A stretch of DNA of 64,000 nt from NCBI RefSeq assembly GCF_964204645.1, contig NC_134030.1, forward strand, positions 22,838,210 to 22,902,209, given 5' to 3'. The notes below the pieces were generated by a model. The model was not told the origin of the DNA, did not search any database, and was given only the letters and a program-made list of their open reading frames with translations. Both the position numbers and the translations under genes were made by a program. This document shows positions 27,296-40,141 of the stretch, one piece after another; position 1 is the stretch's first letter; each line of letters opens with the position of its first letter. The DNA comes from Tubulanus polymorphus. Taxonomy: Eukaryota; Animalia; Nemertea.

Positions 27296-27977
27296 TGAGG
27301 TACCCTAATTCCACAAGTGTGTGACAGATCCTCACTTGAGACACGTGAGGTACCCTAATTCCACAAGTGCGTGGCAGATCCTCACTTGAGGCATGTGAGG
27401 TACCCTAATTCCACAAGTGCGTGGCAGATCCTCACTTGAGGCATGTGAGGTACCCTAATTCCACAAGTGTGTGGCAGATCCTCACTTGAGGCATGTGAGG
27501 TACCATAATTCCACTAGTGTGAGGCAGATCCTCACTTGAGGCACGTGAGGTACCCTAATTCCACCAGTGTGTACAGATCCTCACTTGAGGCACGTGAGGT
27601 ACCCTAATTCCACTAGTGTGAGGCAGATCCTCACTTGAGGCACGTGAGGTACCCTAATTCCACCAGTGTGAGGCAGATCCTCACTTGAGGCACGTAAGGT
27701 ACCCTAATTCCACCAGTGCGTGGCAGATCCCCACTTGAGGCATGTGAGGTACCCTAATTCCACAAGTGTGTACAGATCCTCACTCGAGGCACGTGAGGTA
27801 CACTTATTCCACCAGTGTGAGGCAGATCCTCACTTGAGGCACGTGAGGTACCCTAATTCCACCAGTGCGTGGCAGATCCTCACTTGAGGCACGTGAGGTC
27901 AGGTGCCCTAATTCCACCAGTGCGTGGCAGATCCTCACTTGAGGCACGTGAGGTACCCTAATTCCACCAGTGCGTGG
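27296..27977 (+). repeat. 50-nt tandem repeat, about 13.5 copies
   Basis: Unit tgaggtaccctaattccacaagtgcgtggcagatcctcacttgaggcacg with a period of 50. Confidence 0.95.
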
Positions 27978-30487
27978 CCCTGTTTTTTTCTATCCTTTTA
28001 ATCTAAGTTACGTAGTTTCGTGGTTTTATTTCATTGACACAAAAACTTTGTATAAAATATAAAAACATTTCTTACTCCACAAACACCGGTGACATTATCA
28101 ATGAAATATAAGATACATCACGATCTTATTCGCTTTCGGAATAAATTCGGTTTTTTTTTCTAAATGGGTTTTTCAATTGTCTGAGAAATGCGATACTTCG
28201 AACTAATCGTATTCGTGTGTCTTCACTTTCTCGGGTTCAAGTTTGAATGTTTTCTACAATTTACGAGGAAAACGTCGAATAAAACGTAAAACAAACTGAT
28301 GCAATTGTGTACAATAAATGATTTTGTAGCTCTGTATTAGTGAATATTTCATGAAGACGAATTTTAGAAATCTTTCGCAAAGTTTTTATCGATAGATATT
28401 GAAATAATGTCTTTAGTGCTCGACTTAGAATGCGTAATACCCGTTGGAACGGTCACAATAGGTTCTCGGTGAACCCCCTCACATCGCAGCGGCGGTCTGG
28501 GAACAGCAAGGTTTCTCTTACCAGATCGGAGCACCCGTTTACCTCCAATCGTACTCTATTATTGGTCATGTGACCTTTTGGAGAATCCGAAACCTGCTTT
28601 CCGTCGAGGTGACGCGATTCGGATTTTGTGTGGAGCCAACCGGAGGTCATGCGCCCCAAGTAGAACAACTGAGTTCTCGGTGAACCCCCCACCTCACAGT
28701 CGTGGTGGTGGGCGAACAGACACTCCAGGTTCTCGGTGAACCCGCGAACTCCTCTCGATGTGGTCGGAGAACAGCGAGTTAAACAGTTATGAAAAATTGT
28801 TGAGTCAAATGTGTTGAATGTCAGTGTCACACAAAAAGAAAATCAAATATATATTTAAATTATGGTACCAAAAAAAAAATCATCTTTAGGTTTGACATGA
28901 AAAACTTAGAGACTTCAACCTTAGATCTAAAAACCCAACCACCATAAATAATTCGACGCCATTGCAGAGAGATTTACATAGCATCTCAGATCGTATTGAC
29001 TGAATGAGAGAGTGACCTAGAACTCCAGATGCAATGACGTCTTTTCTCATCAGCGAAATATTCACGATTTTTTAATGCACGGATATCTTTTATTCGTCAA
29101 ATATTAGATAAATATATTTGAAACGAAGCTGCAGTTTTATCGATGAAGGCCTCCATTGGTTTTTATTGATCGCAGTTGGTCGCATTTTGTTTCTATAAAA
29201 GAAGCTCGAATATTTTTTATCCGCCGATGTTTTTCTGTTTGTCAAACATTTCCCTCAAACAATGCAGTTCGATCCAGGAACACGCTCGCTTGTTAGCTTT
29301 AAGAAATATCAACATATCAATTATTCATTTGTTGCGTGATTCTATAAACGTAAAAGACCTAACTACTTCCGGTTCCTGTGTGAGCTAGAAACAAGTTCCG
29401 GTGCGGTGAATTCTGGGAAGGGTGGTGGTTGTCAAGAAATTTCGTAGTAATAGGAGTGAGTGGAGACTGTGAACCTAGGTTCATATTAAACCCACACAGC
29501 GGTTGAACTGAATTCACAGTTGATTAAAACCCACACATCAACTGTGGAAATGGATCCAGAGTCAAATTAAACCCACACAACTTTGGAACTGGGTTCAGAG
29601 TCAAATTAAACCCACATTACTGTGGAACTGGGTTCAGAGTCAAATTAAACCCACACTACTGTGGAACTGGATCCAGAGTCAAATGATATTCACATAACTG
29701 TGGAACTGGGTTCAGAGTCAAATTAAACCCTCACATATTACTGTGGAACGGGGTTCAAAGTTAAATTAAACCCACACAACTGTGGAACTGAATTCACAGT
29801 TGATTAAAACCCACACATCAACTGTGGAAATGGATCCAGAGTCAAATTAAACCCACACAACTGTGGAACTGGGTTCAGAGTCAAATTAAACCCACATAAC
29901 TGTGGAACTGGGTTCAGAGTCAAATTAAACCCACACAACTGTGGAAATGGATCCAGAGTCAAATTAAACCCACACAACTGTGGAAATAGATCCAGAGTCA
30001 AATGATATTCACATAACTGTGGAACATGATGATTATTTGTCAGAGAATTGAATTTGACCTTGGGGAATTTGATGTCAGTGAAAAAAATGAACAAATTAAT
30101 TCATATTTATACATGTAAGGAAAATACGCCTTTTAGGCGAGGACCGGGAAGCGCAATAATCCCAACCCCAGGGCTTGTAAACCTGTAATTACTTCCTGCG
30201 AATTTAATTCGTTATTTCGAAGCGTTTTTCTATCCGTGCAGATTTTATCTTGTATTTTGTTCGTCAATTTTTGGATCCATCGTTAACGGAACTAACACTA
30301 ACACGGCCCAGGGGTGTTATATACACGAATATACATCTCTGATCGCTACTTTGAACAGTGAGCTACCGGAGCTACCACAGCTACTGGAGCTACCGGAGCT
30401 ACCGGAGCTACCACAGCTACCGGAGCTACCACAGCTACCACAGCTACCAGAGCTACCACAGCTACTGGAGCTACCGGAGCTACCGGT

Positions 30488-30953
30488 TTAGCATTTTTTA
30501 GTTGAATTAGAGTACATAAAATCCAAGTTTGACTTGTCTCTGGTTTGGTCAACGAGTCCCTCTGCAGGTATGAAACTTGAATCGGAATCAGTTAGAAAAT
30601 GTGGAATTGTGGAACCGATTGATACGTACTTGATTGGTCCCGTCGTCGCACCATCCGAGCGATTTCCCTTTTAGATAATAGCCGTTCAGACAGTTCAGCA
30701 AGGTCGTCTGCGACAGAAAGAGAAAAACGAGAGAACGTTTATTAAAGCGACAACAAATCAATTTTCAGAACTGAAGTTAATATCTGCGTTTCGTTCAAAA
30801 TAGCGATAGCAATAAATATGGGATTCGAACCCGTTGTAGTTTGTTTTCTTCACGACAAACGACGCCATTCTTACCTTCCGTTAAAAATGATTCAACTGGT
30901 GAAATCAATAAAACAAGCCCAGCGGCAATAATCAATAACTGATACAATATCAT
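30488..30953 (-). CDS. Orphan secreted prepropeptide (neuropeptide/hormone-like precursor), 76 aa, 3 coding exons
   Basis: Exons 30953-30875 (AG|GTAAGA donor), 30707-30630 and 30561-30488 give MILYQLLIIAAGLVLLISPVES-FLTEDDLAELSERLLS-KR-EIARMV-RRR-DQSKGLVDQTRDKSNLDFMYSNSTKKC*. It has a hydrophobic signal peptide ending VES and basic convertase sites. A 5' UTR acceptor lies at 30984. Confidence 0.65.
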
Positions 30954-31004
30954 CCTTTCTTCTCTTGTTCTTTGTTTTGATACCTGAAAAATTACAGACA
31001 AGAT

Positions 31005-31230
31005 GTGTGTGTACTCAGATGAAGCACTGAACACATGTGAAGTGTTGACGATCAGTTTTTGAAAGTGTGCTGATAAAATGTCTAATGTCTGGTGTTTGTA
31101 TTTCATTTTCAATTAGAAATGTCTCAGGTGAAGCACTGAACACATGTGAAGTGTGGACGACCAGTATTTGAAAGTGTGCTGATAATCAGAAAATTATCAA
31201 AAAGCCACTATTATCATAACGTATGTTAAC
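31005..31230 (-). repeat. 109-nt repeat family, inverted copy
   Basis: Reverse complement of the array at 35325-35945, including the flanking agccactatta(c/t)c segment. Confidence 0.85.
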
Positions 31231-31755
31231 ATTTTGAAAACGTCTGTTGTTACTTGTTCTATTGAACCCGTAGAGTGTAATTAAAATTTTCTGAACCTGC
31301 GGGTAGCAATTTAATAAGCATCGAACTCTGTAAAGGTTACGTGTGAAATGAAGGTCGTTATTGTGACATTTGAAGACTGGGGTCTAGTGACGACCGGCGT
31401 CATTGAAATCTCTTTAGATTCAAGATTGTTTTTATTTTTCAATATTTTGTAAATGTATTTCGGTGGTAGCTCCGAGGCATGTGGATGGTGTCTTCTTTAA
31501 TCGGCTTAATGAAGATTACAGGAACTGGTTTCAATAATTGAATTGCAGGCAATTTAGGTACTTAGGTTTGGTGTGAAAGTAAAGGTCAATGTCAGAATAA
31601 CTATTCGCGTACCGGCACGCGCGGATTTGTGTTTAGAAAAGAATTTACAAATGGGATTTATGGATTATATCGGTTTGCTTGATACAATAGAAGGCATTTA
31701 ACGGCGATGTTTCAGGGGCAGTTACTAAATCCGAAAATGGATAAATTATTCTATT

Positions 31756-31968
31756 CACGAAAAATGTCATGAAATTTTCCAAAACAAACTCAACTCTAGC
31801 CTAAGCCCGTAACCCTAACCTTCTAACCCTAGGTCAGCCGTAACCCTAGCCGGACTCGAACCTGTCATTCGAGCATGCTAACCACTAGACCATAGACCAG
31901 TACTGGCAGCCGCGGTTGGTAGGTTTGTCTGGTCAGTGTGGTAACTGGTGACCAGTCAGGTGTGGTAA
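31756..31968 (-). mobile_element. tRNA-derived element with TTAGGG-like tail, copy 1
   Basis: Minus strand: ccacacctgactggtcacc head, A box TGGTCTAGTGG, B box GGTTCGAGTCC, then gggtta repeats. Homologous to 44025-44300. Confidence 0.7.
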
Positions 31969-32664
31969 TATTACAGTTTTATAAATTTTATCCGCTTGTG
32001 TTTATAGAAAGTACAAAATGGACAAAACTATCCTTATGATTGATACAATAAGAGGCAGGTTTTACCACGAAACATGTGGTGAGATTTTCCAAAATAACCT
32101 CAACACGTGCTAGCCCGGAACCCGAAACTGCAGCCTCCAAAAAGGGAGAGAGGAGTTAAGAGATGGAGATGAAGAGAAATGAACGGAGGGAGGATGGAGA
32201 GGGGAGGGGAGGGGGAGGGGAGGGGAGGAGGGAGGCGAAGAGGGAGAGTAAGTTTTCAGATGTGGATTTTAAATCATCGATTTGCCCAAATTCATATTTC
32301 TGTTTTCTCACCACAAATATTGTATTTTCAAGGTCGTTTGTTACGGATGAACGATTTCAATCGATTTTCATGCCGTGTTTTGCGATGAGAGATGATGCAG
32401 TATTTATACAGTTCCCACTGGAGGGCAACGAACAGATTACAATCATCAGACATAGTGAAATAAACAGCGAAACGAAACGTTCGTAATTAAGTCTAATACG
32501 ACTTGAAGGTGATGAACTCCACGCATTTAAACACTTCTCAAAAAGTCTAATTACAGAATGTACTCATTCTATAGTTACGTTGATGATGTCTAGGTTGTCT
32601 TCCAAAATTAGTTTAGACTATTCTTTATTTCTTAGGCTGGTCATGCAACAAAAAGAACTTATAC

Positions 32665-32910
32665 TGGTCTTAAGTTGTTACATTGGCTTTAGAACCAAAA
32701 TGAGCTTAGACTGGTCTTAAGTTGTTAGATTGGTTTTAGAACCAAAATGAGCTTAGACTGGTCTTAAGTTGTTAGATTGGCCACAGAACTAGATTGGTCT
32801 TGGACTAGTCTTAAGTTGTTAGATTGGTTATAGAACCAAAATGAGCTTAGACTGGTCTTAAGTTGTTAGATTGGCTATGGAACCAAACTCAGCTCAGACT
32901 GGTCTTAGCG
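32665..32910 (+). repeat. 47-nt repeat (ggtcttaagttgttagattggttatagaaccaaaatgagcttagact)
   Basis: About 5 copies. An inverted array lies at 38480-39043, and single copies sit inside MITE-like elements (~2250-2320, ~6710-6840). Confidence 0.9.
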
Positions 32911-33126
32911 AAAACTTTGTTAAATCCTGATCGAGCCCGAATTAGAATGATATGTAAATGGCCTACCTTCAAGCGGAACAACTGCAGGGAATAAAGAGAC
33001 GTGTGAACTGTAAGGCTGTAGAGATTGTGCCATAAACAGATGACACTGATTGTAAACACAGCTCTGTTGTATTGTGAGGTTATTAAAACTACATTAATTC
33101 AATGATATATTGTTTTTCACTGATCA

Positions 33127-33134
33127 AGAGGAGA

Positions 33135-33208
<74 letters not shown>

Positions 33209-33230
33209 GAGAGAGAGTTAGAGAGAGAGA
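33127..33230 (+). repeat. (GA)n microsatellite
   Basis: Long GA run. Confidence 0.98.
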
Positions 33231-34584
33231 CATTAGTGCGAGCACTTGGTGGTCGCAGGTGCTTTTGTTTCCTCGTATATTACGCACCAGTAATCTAACG
33301 GTTACCGCTGCGCGCGCAGCCGCTTCTCCCGATTCTTACGAGCAGCAATTCTCTTTCGGATTTCCTAAATTCACCAAGTAGAATGATAGTAATGAAAATA
33401 ATAATAATAATAATAATGATGATAATAATACTAATAATAATTATAATAATGATAATAATAATTATTATTATTATTTTTATTATTATGGTCTTTTTTTAGA
33501 GCGCAGAACTTTAAAGATGATTGCCACGCTTGCCTGCTTACCTAATTTTGTATTTTCCCATTTCTAAATATTCGAACCCGATTCCGTCATCTCATTTTTG
33601 AACTGGCATCTAACATCGATGACGATAATGATGACGATATTGATAATAAAATCCTAGTTCATTGAGCTGATTATAGGACATTTTTACTTTCTTACGACCT
33701 TATAATCAATCGGGATTCGAACCGAATTTCCATCGTCTCATTTGCATATGCAAATTTGAGACGCAAACGGACGCCAATTAACTGGGAATCGAACCCAATT
33801 TGAGAAGATGAAATAATCGGGATTCGAACCTCGTGAGGATGAATGAGGTGTACGTAATGACGTTACGAGAATCGATGGATTGTGACTGGACATCCGAAGA
33901 GTATGAGTGCATTCTTAACTGAATTTACTCTCTCTCTCTCTTTCTCTCTCTCTCTTTCTTCAGTTTGTTTTATCTTCATTGCGTTAATGGTATAACTTCC
34001 CGTCGCGAACACAAATACAGTTTATCATTGTTGGAGTTTGTGCTTTGAATATTAAAAGCACTGGGAAAGGACAAATAGTATCCCGTGCCCCCGCGCTCGC
34101 GAGGGCCGGGAAAATGTGCCGCAAAGACAATAAATATTTGTTGATTTTATATTTATGAAATGCGATATCATATCATTTCCCCAAACGACTATTTGTGCGG
34201 ATTAAAAGCCGCCATTTATGGTGGGCTTTATGTATAATTATTTTTTTGCTTTTGATGGTCGAATAAATAAATAACCAGAGGAATTAAAGTAAGCATTTCC
34301 CGCACCTCTTAGAACCGCCTGTACCCTCCCCTTAACATCTCTTCTCTGTTTCACCTCTCGACCCCCTTTCTCTCTCCCATCCTCCATCTCTCTCTCACCC
34401 TCTCACTCTCTCTTTCCCCTCTGTCACTCCCCAATCTCTTCCCCCCTCTCGCCATCTCTCCCTCTCTCTCTCCATCTCTCCCTCTCTAACAGTACATGAG
34501 AGAATTCAAGATTCTGAGCGAGTTGAGTCTCTGCGGCTGCTGCTGCTGCTGCTGCGGCTGCTGCGGCTTCTGCTAAGGCTGCTA

Positions 34585-34628
<44 letters not shown>

Positions 34629-35351
34629 AAGGCTTCAATCAGCGCCCTGCGCAGGATTAAAACTTTAAGCAGATTTACTTCTTACTTATCATATCTTACT
34701 TCTCATCAACATCACGTACAACACACGTTATACAACTCATACTGAATTTTTAAAGTATAGATGAAATTATTTAAAAATTTGACCTGAAAACTCAAGAACC
34801 GTGCAACAGTGTAACTGCGTAACAGGGTTCAGGTGGAACTGTGGAACTTGATCGAGAACTGTGGAACGCGGTCGTTGATTATTCAAAGCGAAACTTTACC
34901 GTGGAATTGGATCCACAATTCTACCAAAATAAAGGCAGTTTATCTTCAACATTAGCTAGGTCTAAGAATAAGTCTAAGAATTTTTTGTCACGTTTGGGTC
35001 GAAATATTTCTCAATATCCGGGTTTGTTATCCGGATGTTCCGCTGTATTAACTTTCACATCGCTTTCATACGGATTTTATTCGGTTTCTCGTTAAAACTG
35101 CGCAGTTTCGACGATTCTTCAAACGTAAAATGTTATATCTCTCTCGTCAGGGCCCGTAAACACGCAGTGTGATTTTAATGTTTTAAATCGACGCGCCGGT
35201 GATAACGGCTTCAACTAGTGGAGTACGCACGCAGCTATCAACCGGTTTATTATACAGACCATCAATATATATATATCTACTATCATGATGAGAACACGAA
35301 CATTATTTTTCGTAATATTTTAAATTCTAGCTTACGTTTTGGTAATAGTGG

Positions 35352-35945
35352 CTACAAACACCAGGCATTAGACATTTTCACAGCACACTTTTAAAAACTG
35401 ATCGTCCACACTTCACATGTGTTCAGTGCTTCACCTGAGACATTTTTAATTGAAAATGAACTACAAACACCAGGCATTAGACATTTTATCAGCACACTTT
35501 TAAAAACTGATCGTACACACTTCACATGTGTTCAGTGCTTCACCTGAGACATTTCTAATTGAAAATGAACTACAAACACCAGATATTAGACATTTTATCA
35601 GCACACTTTTAAAAACTGATCGTCCACACTTCACATGTGTTCAGTGCTTCATCTGAGACATTTTTAATTGAAAATGAACTACAAACACCAGATATTAGAC
35701 ATTTTATCAGCGCACTTTCAAAAACTGATCGTCCACACTTCACATGTGTTCAGTGCTTCACCTGAGACATTTCTATTTGAAAATGAACTACAAACACCAG
35801 ATATTAGACATTTTATCAGCGCACTTTCAAAAACTGATCGCACTTTCAAAAACTGATCGTCCACACTTCACATGTGTTCAGTGCTTCACCTGAGACATTT
35901 CTAATTGAAAATGAATTACAAACACCAGATATGAGACATTTTATC
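35352..35945 (+). repeat. 109-nt tandem repeat, about 5.4 copies
   Basis: Unit starts ctacaaacacc at 35352, 35461, 35570 and onward. Confidence 0.95.
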
Positions 35946-36023
35946 TATTCAAGACCAGTTTTAGATCATGATTGTTCAATAGCCAAACGACTTAAAATCA
36001 GGCTTAAGATTCTAAGACAACAG

Positions 36024-36107
36024 GGGCCAGTTCCATAATCAAGACATAAGTCAAAAAGATGGTCTTAGATTGGTCTTAAGTCCAAGCCATGACTATGGAA
36101 CCGGCCC
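36024..36107. mobile_element. Short Harbinger-like MITE with CAG TSD
   Basis: cag|gggccagttccata...tatggaaccggccc|cag. A related copy lies at 47429-47512. Confidence 0.7.
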
Positions 36108-38479
36108 CAGGTTTACAGATTAGCAACTGCGGGTAACAGATGAGACAGATCTTTATAACTCGCTCTAATCACGTGCTGTATATTCGTTGAGCTGTATTCT
36201 AAGCCACACCCACGTGACCCGTGTATGACCTTGAAACCTAAAAACGCGATCGCCTTATTCTCCTAACGGCGGATTTTCCTTCATTTCGATCGTCGCTTAA
36301 TTAATAATGAATAATTAACAAATGCGATTAGTTCTCGTGTCGGCGGCGGCGACGGTGCTGGCATCTGCGAGTTGAGAGTCAAACGGGAAATTGAATCGGT
36401 CTCGAGCTCACGCGATTTATGAGTGAGACCTCAGAGTTTCAGTTCTGACAACAGAAAAAAACAACACAAACACATAATGTGTGTAAATACTGGGCCTGAA
36501 TACTGGGCCTGAATACTGGGCCTGAATACTGGGCCTGAATATACTGAGCCTGCCTTAAAATGAGTCTCTGGGTCCGGAATGTGTTAAATATATTGCGTGC
36601 ACGAAAACGTTGAAAACTGTGTGCGCATTTTTTTTATTAGATTATCCACGATTACATCTCTTCCCCTCCCCCCTCTCCCCCTCCCCCTCTCCCCTCCCCC
36701 TCTCCCAATCTCGCTCTCTCCCCTCCCTTCCCCCTTTCTCAATCTCCCGTCACCCTCTCTCCCCTCCCTCTCTCTCTATCACATATGAATGATTCAGTAT
36801 TTTGGACTGATATATTATCCTTATATCTCTTTAGCTTTTTTTCATTTGGCTCCAATTTCACTCAACGATACAATTTCACCAAAAAAACCATTCTGCATGC
36901 GCAGGCGTCAGATAATTCATCAATCATTAAATATCGATGACGCTCTAATTGTGATGCTACAGTTATTGGCGGTAGAATCAATTTTCGCGGGACCCGAAAC
37001 CCGACAGTTTTAGAAAATCATTTCGTCAAGACGATTTAACGAGACCTTCGTACGATCACGTTTGAAGTTATCATCAATTTACCGATGGTATTCTCACCTG
37101 ATGTTATCGGACGGTTAAATTCGGACGCGACGAATTGAAACCGGTCAATCGTCTGCTGCTGCTGCTGCTGCTGTTATATGATCGAATACATTAAAACGCG
37201 TTTTCTAAACATCGTTTTCTGATTAAACATAATTTCGTTCGCCCGGGGGGCCTTATCGATTTAATGATAATCGACCGGGTTGAAGAGACACCGGGGCGCT
37301 GCGCCCCCTCTGCTCCCCTCTGCGCCCCTGGCTGTAATCGCCTCTAAAACGCTTTACCGATATCTCCACACATACTCTCGGGGTCAAATCCCCAATCCGC
37401 CCACTTCTACCTATCGCGCTTCACCGAACAAAGTAATATTTTAAACGCATCGAAAATGTTTTTATCTTTTAATATACACAAAACGGATCCCTGCGGGAGG
37501 GCGCGTTCACTAAACGCCATTCTCTACATTCAATAGAAACCGGTCGCAGATACATACATTATGTATGTATGGATTCAGGTATCGGATGACAGATAGTTTG
37601 TTTTTTTTTTTGTGTTGAAGACTTGTCTCAAAGGAATTTCTCCGCAAATTCAGACAAAAAACCGACGTTTAAGTGAAATGATAATATTGTAAAGGAAAGT
37701 TTAGGTCTTGGAAGTATTCTCTAGTTACCGAACGAGAACAAGATTACAAGGATAACTTTGTTAACCTTTGATACTAGCGCCCTCTAGGGGTTTGGTGGAT
37801 GAGCAACGCGAAACGCCAGACTTCAGTTTCAGCTTCCAATGTTTAGGCAATTAATACGTTATTATTGTAGATGGCTAGTTGTTCGGTTTTGAGCCGAGCG
37901 GTGCTCGGCGGGTCGAGGAGTGCCCCGAACGGGGCTCAGCGGGTCGAGGGTTGCTCCGAGTGGAGCTCGGTGGGTTGAGGATTGCCACGAGTGGGGCTCA
38001 GCGGGTTGGGGGTTGCTCGGAGTGGGTCTAAGTATGTCGAGGATTGCTCCGAGTGGGTCTAAGTATGTCGAGGATTGCTCCGAGTGGAGCTCAGTATGTC
38101 GAGGGTTGCTCCGAGTGGAGCTCAGTGTGTTCAGGGAACTCGTGTAGTAGCTAAAATAGCAAACAGGTATCAAACCTCCCCGAGTTCTTGTTATCTGGTA
38201 TCATAGTGACAGAAAAATACGAATCTGAACTGCGCGCGCAACAGAGGTTCGTCTTTTTCCGTGAGTAAAAGAGAAATGCTATCGCTCTAGATTTGTGCGG
38301 TTTTTTTTTCTGCTTCTATCGGAGTCGTGTGTGACAGATTTACAATAGTAGAAACCTCACTACTGAAACTGGAGGAAGGACACATTTCAAATACCACAAA
38401 CATGTCTTCACTATGAACAACGTGTAATGCGCTTGCTTGTTGCAAAAAAGGGCTGAGGTTACAACTGAGTATAAACTCA

Positions 38480-39043
38480 TTCTGGTTCTATAATCAATCT
38501 AACAACTTTAAGACCAGTCTAAACTCATTTTAGTTCTATAACCAATCTAACAACTTTAAAACCAGTCTAAACTCATTTTGGTTCTATAACCAATCTAACA
38601 ACTTAAGACCAGTCTAAGTTCATCTTAGTTCTATAACCAATCTAACAGCTTAAGACCAGTCTAAACTCATTTCGGTTCGATAACCAATCTAACAGCTTAA
38701 GACCAGTCTAAACTCATTTCGGTTTTAAGCTCATTTTGGTTCTATAACCAATCTAACAACTTTAAGACCAGTCTAAGCTCATTTTGGTTCTATAACCAAT
38801 CTAACAACTTAAGACCAGTCTAAGTTCATCTTAGTTCTATAACCAATCTAACAGCTTAAGACCAGTCTAAGCTCATTTCGGTTTTAAGCTCATTTTGGTT
38901 TTATAACCAATCTAACAACTTTAAGACAAGTCTAAACTCATTTTGGTTCTATAACCAATCTAACAGCTTGACCAGTCTAAACTCATTTCGGTTTTAAGCT
39001 CATTTTGGTTCTATAACCAATCTAACAACTTTAAGACCAGTCT
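38480..39043 (-). repeat. 47-nt repeat array (inverse of 32665-32910)
   Basis: ttctataaccaatctaacaacttaagaccagtctaagctcatttt units. Confidence 0.92.
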
Positions 39044-40141
39044 GTAAGACAAGCCGACAGTCGGCTCGGATAAAGTCGTCACGTCTGTTGTAGTTACACT
39101 GCGCTCAGGTGTTCACTGATCCTGCCTCGTTTTTTATGCGAATTCTGTATTATTTCTAACATGAATCACACACTCGTCAAATATTAAACCCACACAGAAT
39201 CAGACCAGTACGCGCTATAAACTGCCACTGTTTACGACACATTATGCAATATGCGCAATTCAGGGAGTGATTATAAACCTACCTAAAAACATAATAGTAA
39301 TATCTTATATAGCGCACCCCTACACGGTAATCGGTGCACTTTACATAGATATAAATCATTTAGCCGTATTAAAAACATAATATTAAAACACAATAGTAGA
39401 TAAAAAGATCAGTTATAAATTTTTCTAAAAAGTTTGTTTTTAAATTCGATTTAAAACATTCAACAGACGGATTTAAGTCGAATGCTGATGGGAATTTCAT
39501 TCCGTTAAGCAGGATTGAAATGCCCGGTTTCCAACTGCTAAAAACATGTGCCTTGTAGATACAGTAAAAGCGGGTGGGAGCTGGTTTTAGTTAATACCTA
39601 TAGGCGCATAACATCTAATCCTTAATTATCAAATTGGAAACTTATACATTTTTCATAACTACATTTCAGAATAACCCGCATCGCAATAATCTGTTAATTG
39701 GAAGAGTAGGCGCGACTCGATGTAAACCTTATATGTTTCTCTACCGCGAAGTCGATGAAAAGACTTGAATACATTTTTAATCCGTATAAACACTTTTCAA
39801 TTTCTATGGTTTCTGTTCAGGAGGCGTTTAATGATAAAATTCTCGCGACCTTCCGCATGTCTAACTCTGTCGTCTTATCGTCATTTTCGATTAAGGATAA
39901 AACGATTTGAGTAATTCAGTTTCTCGCCGTTTGTCGAGTTGGGTATTAACTGTGTATAGGGTTCATCAGTCGCATAGTCGGAACTCAACTCGTCCTAAAT
40001 TGTTAGGTTGGCAATGGAAATATTACTGTCTTAAACTGGTCTTCTAAGCCATATGCAACTTACCCTGGTTTAAGCGTTAATGAAACACTTTGAGTCCGTT
40101 TTGATGCTATGCACACTAAGAATTGAAAGAGTCCGAAATAT

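Noticed and set aside
27296-27977. Regularly spaced 50-nt repeats resembling a CRISPR array
   Set aside because: Units are contiguous with no unique spacers, there are no cas genes, and the context is eukaryotic. It is a plain minisatellite.
34493-34670. Possible exon encoding poly-Ala, poly-Leu or poly-Cys after a pyrimidine tract
   Set aside because: It is a (GCT)n microsatellite with no partner exons or plausible start on the plus strand.
37862-38173. 103-aa minus-strand ORF with an upstream acceptor-like site
   Set aside because: Built on a 31-nt tandem repeat whose period is not a multiple of 3, with no recognisable protein features.
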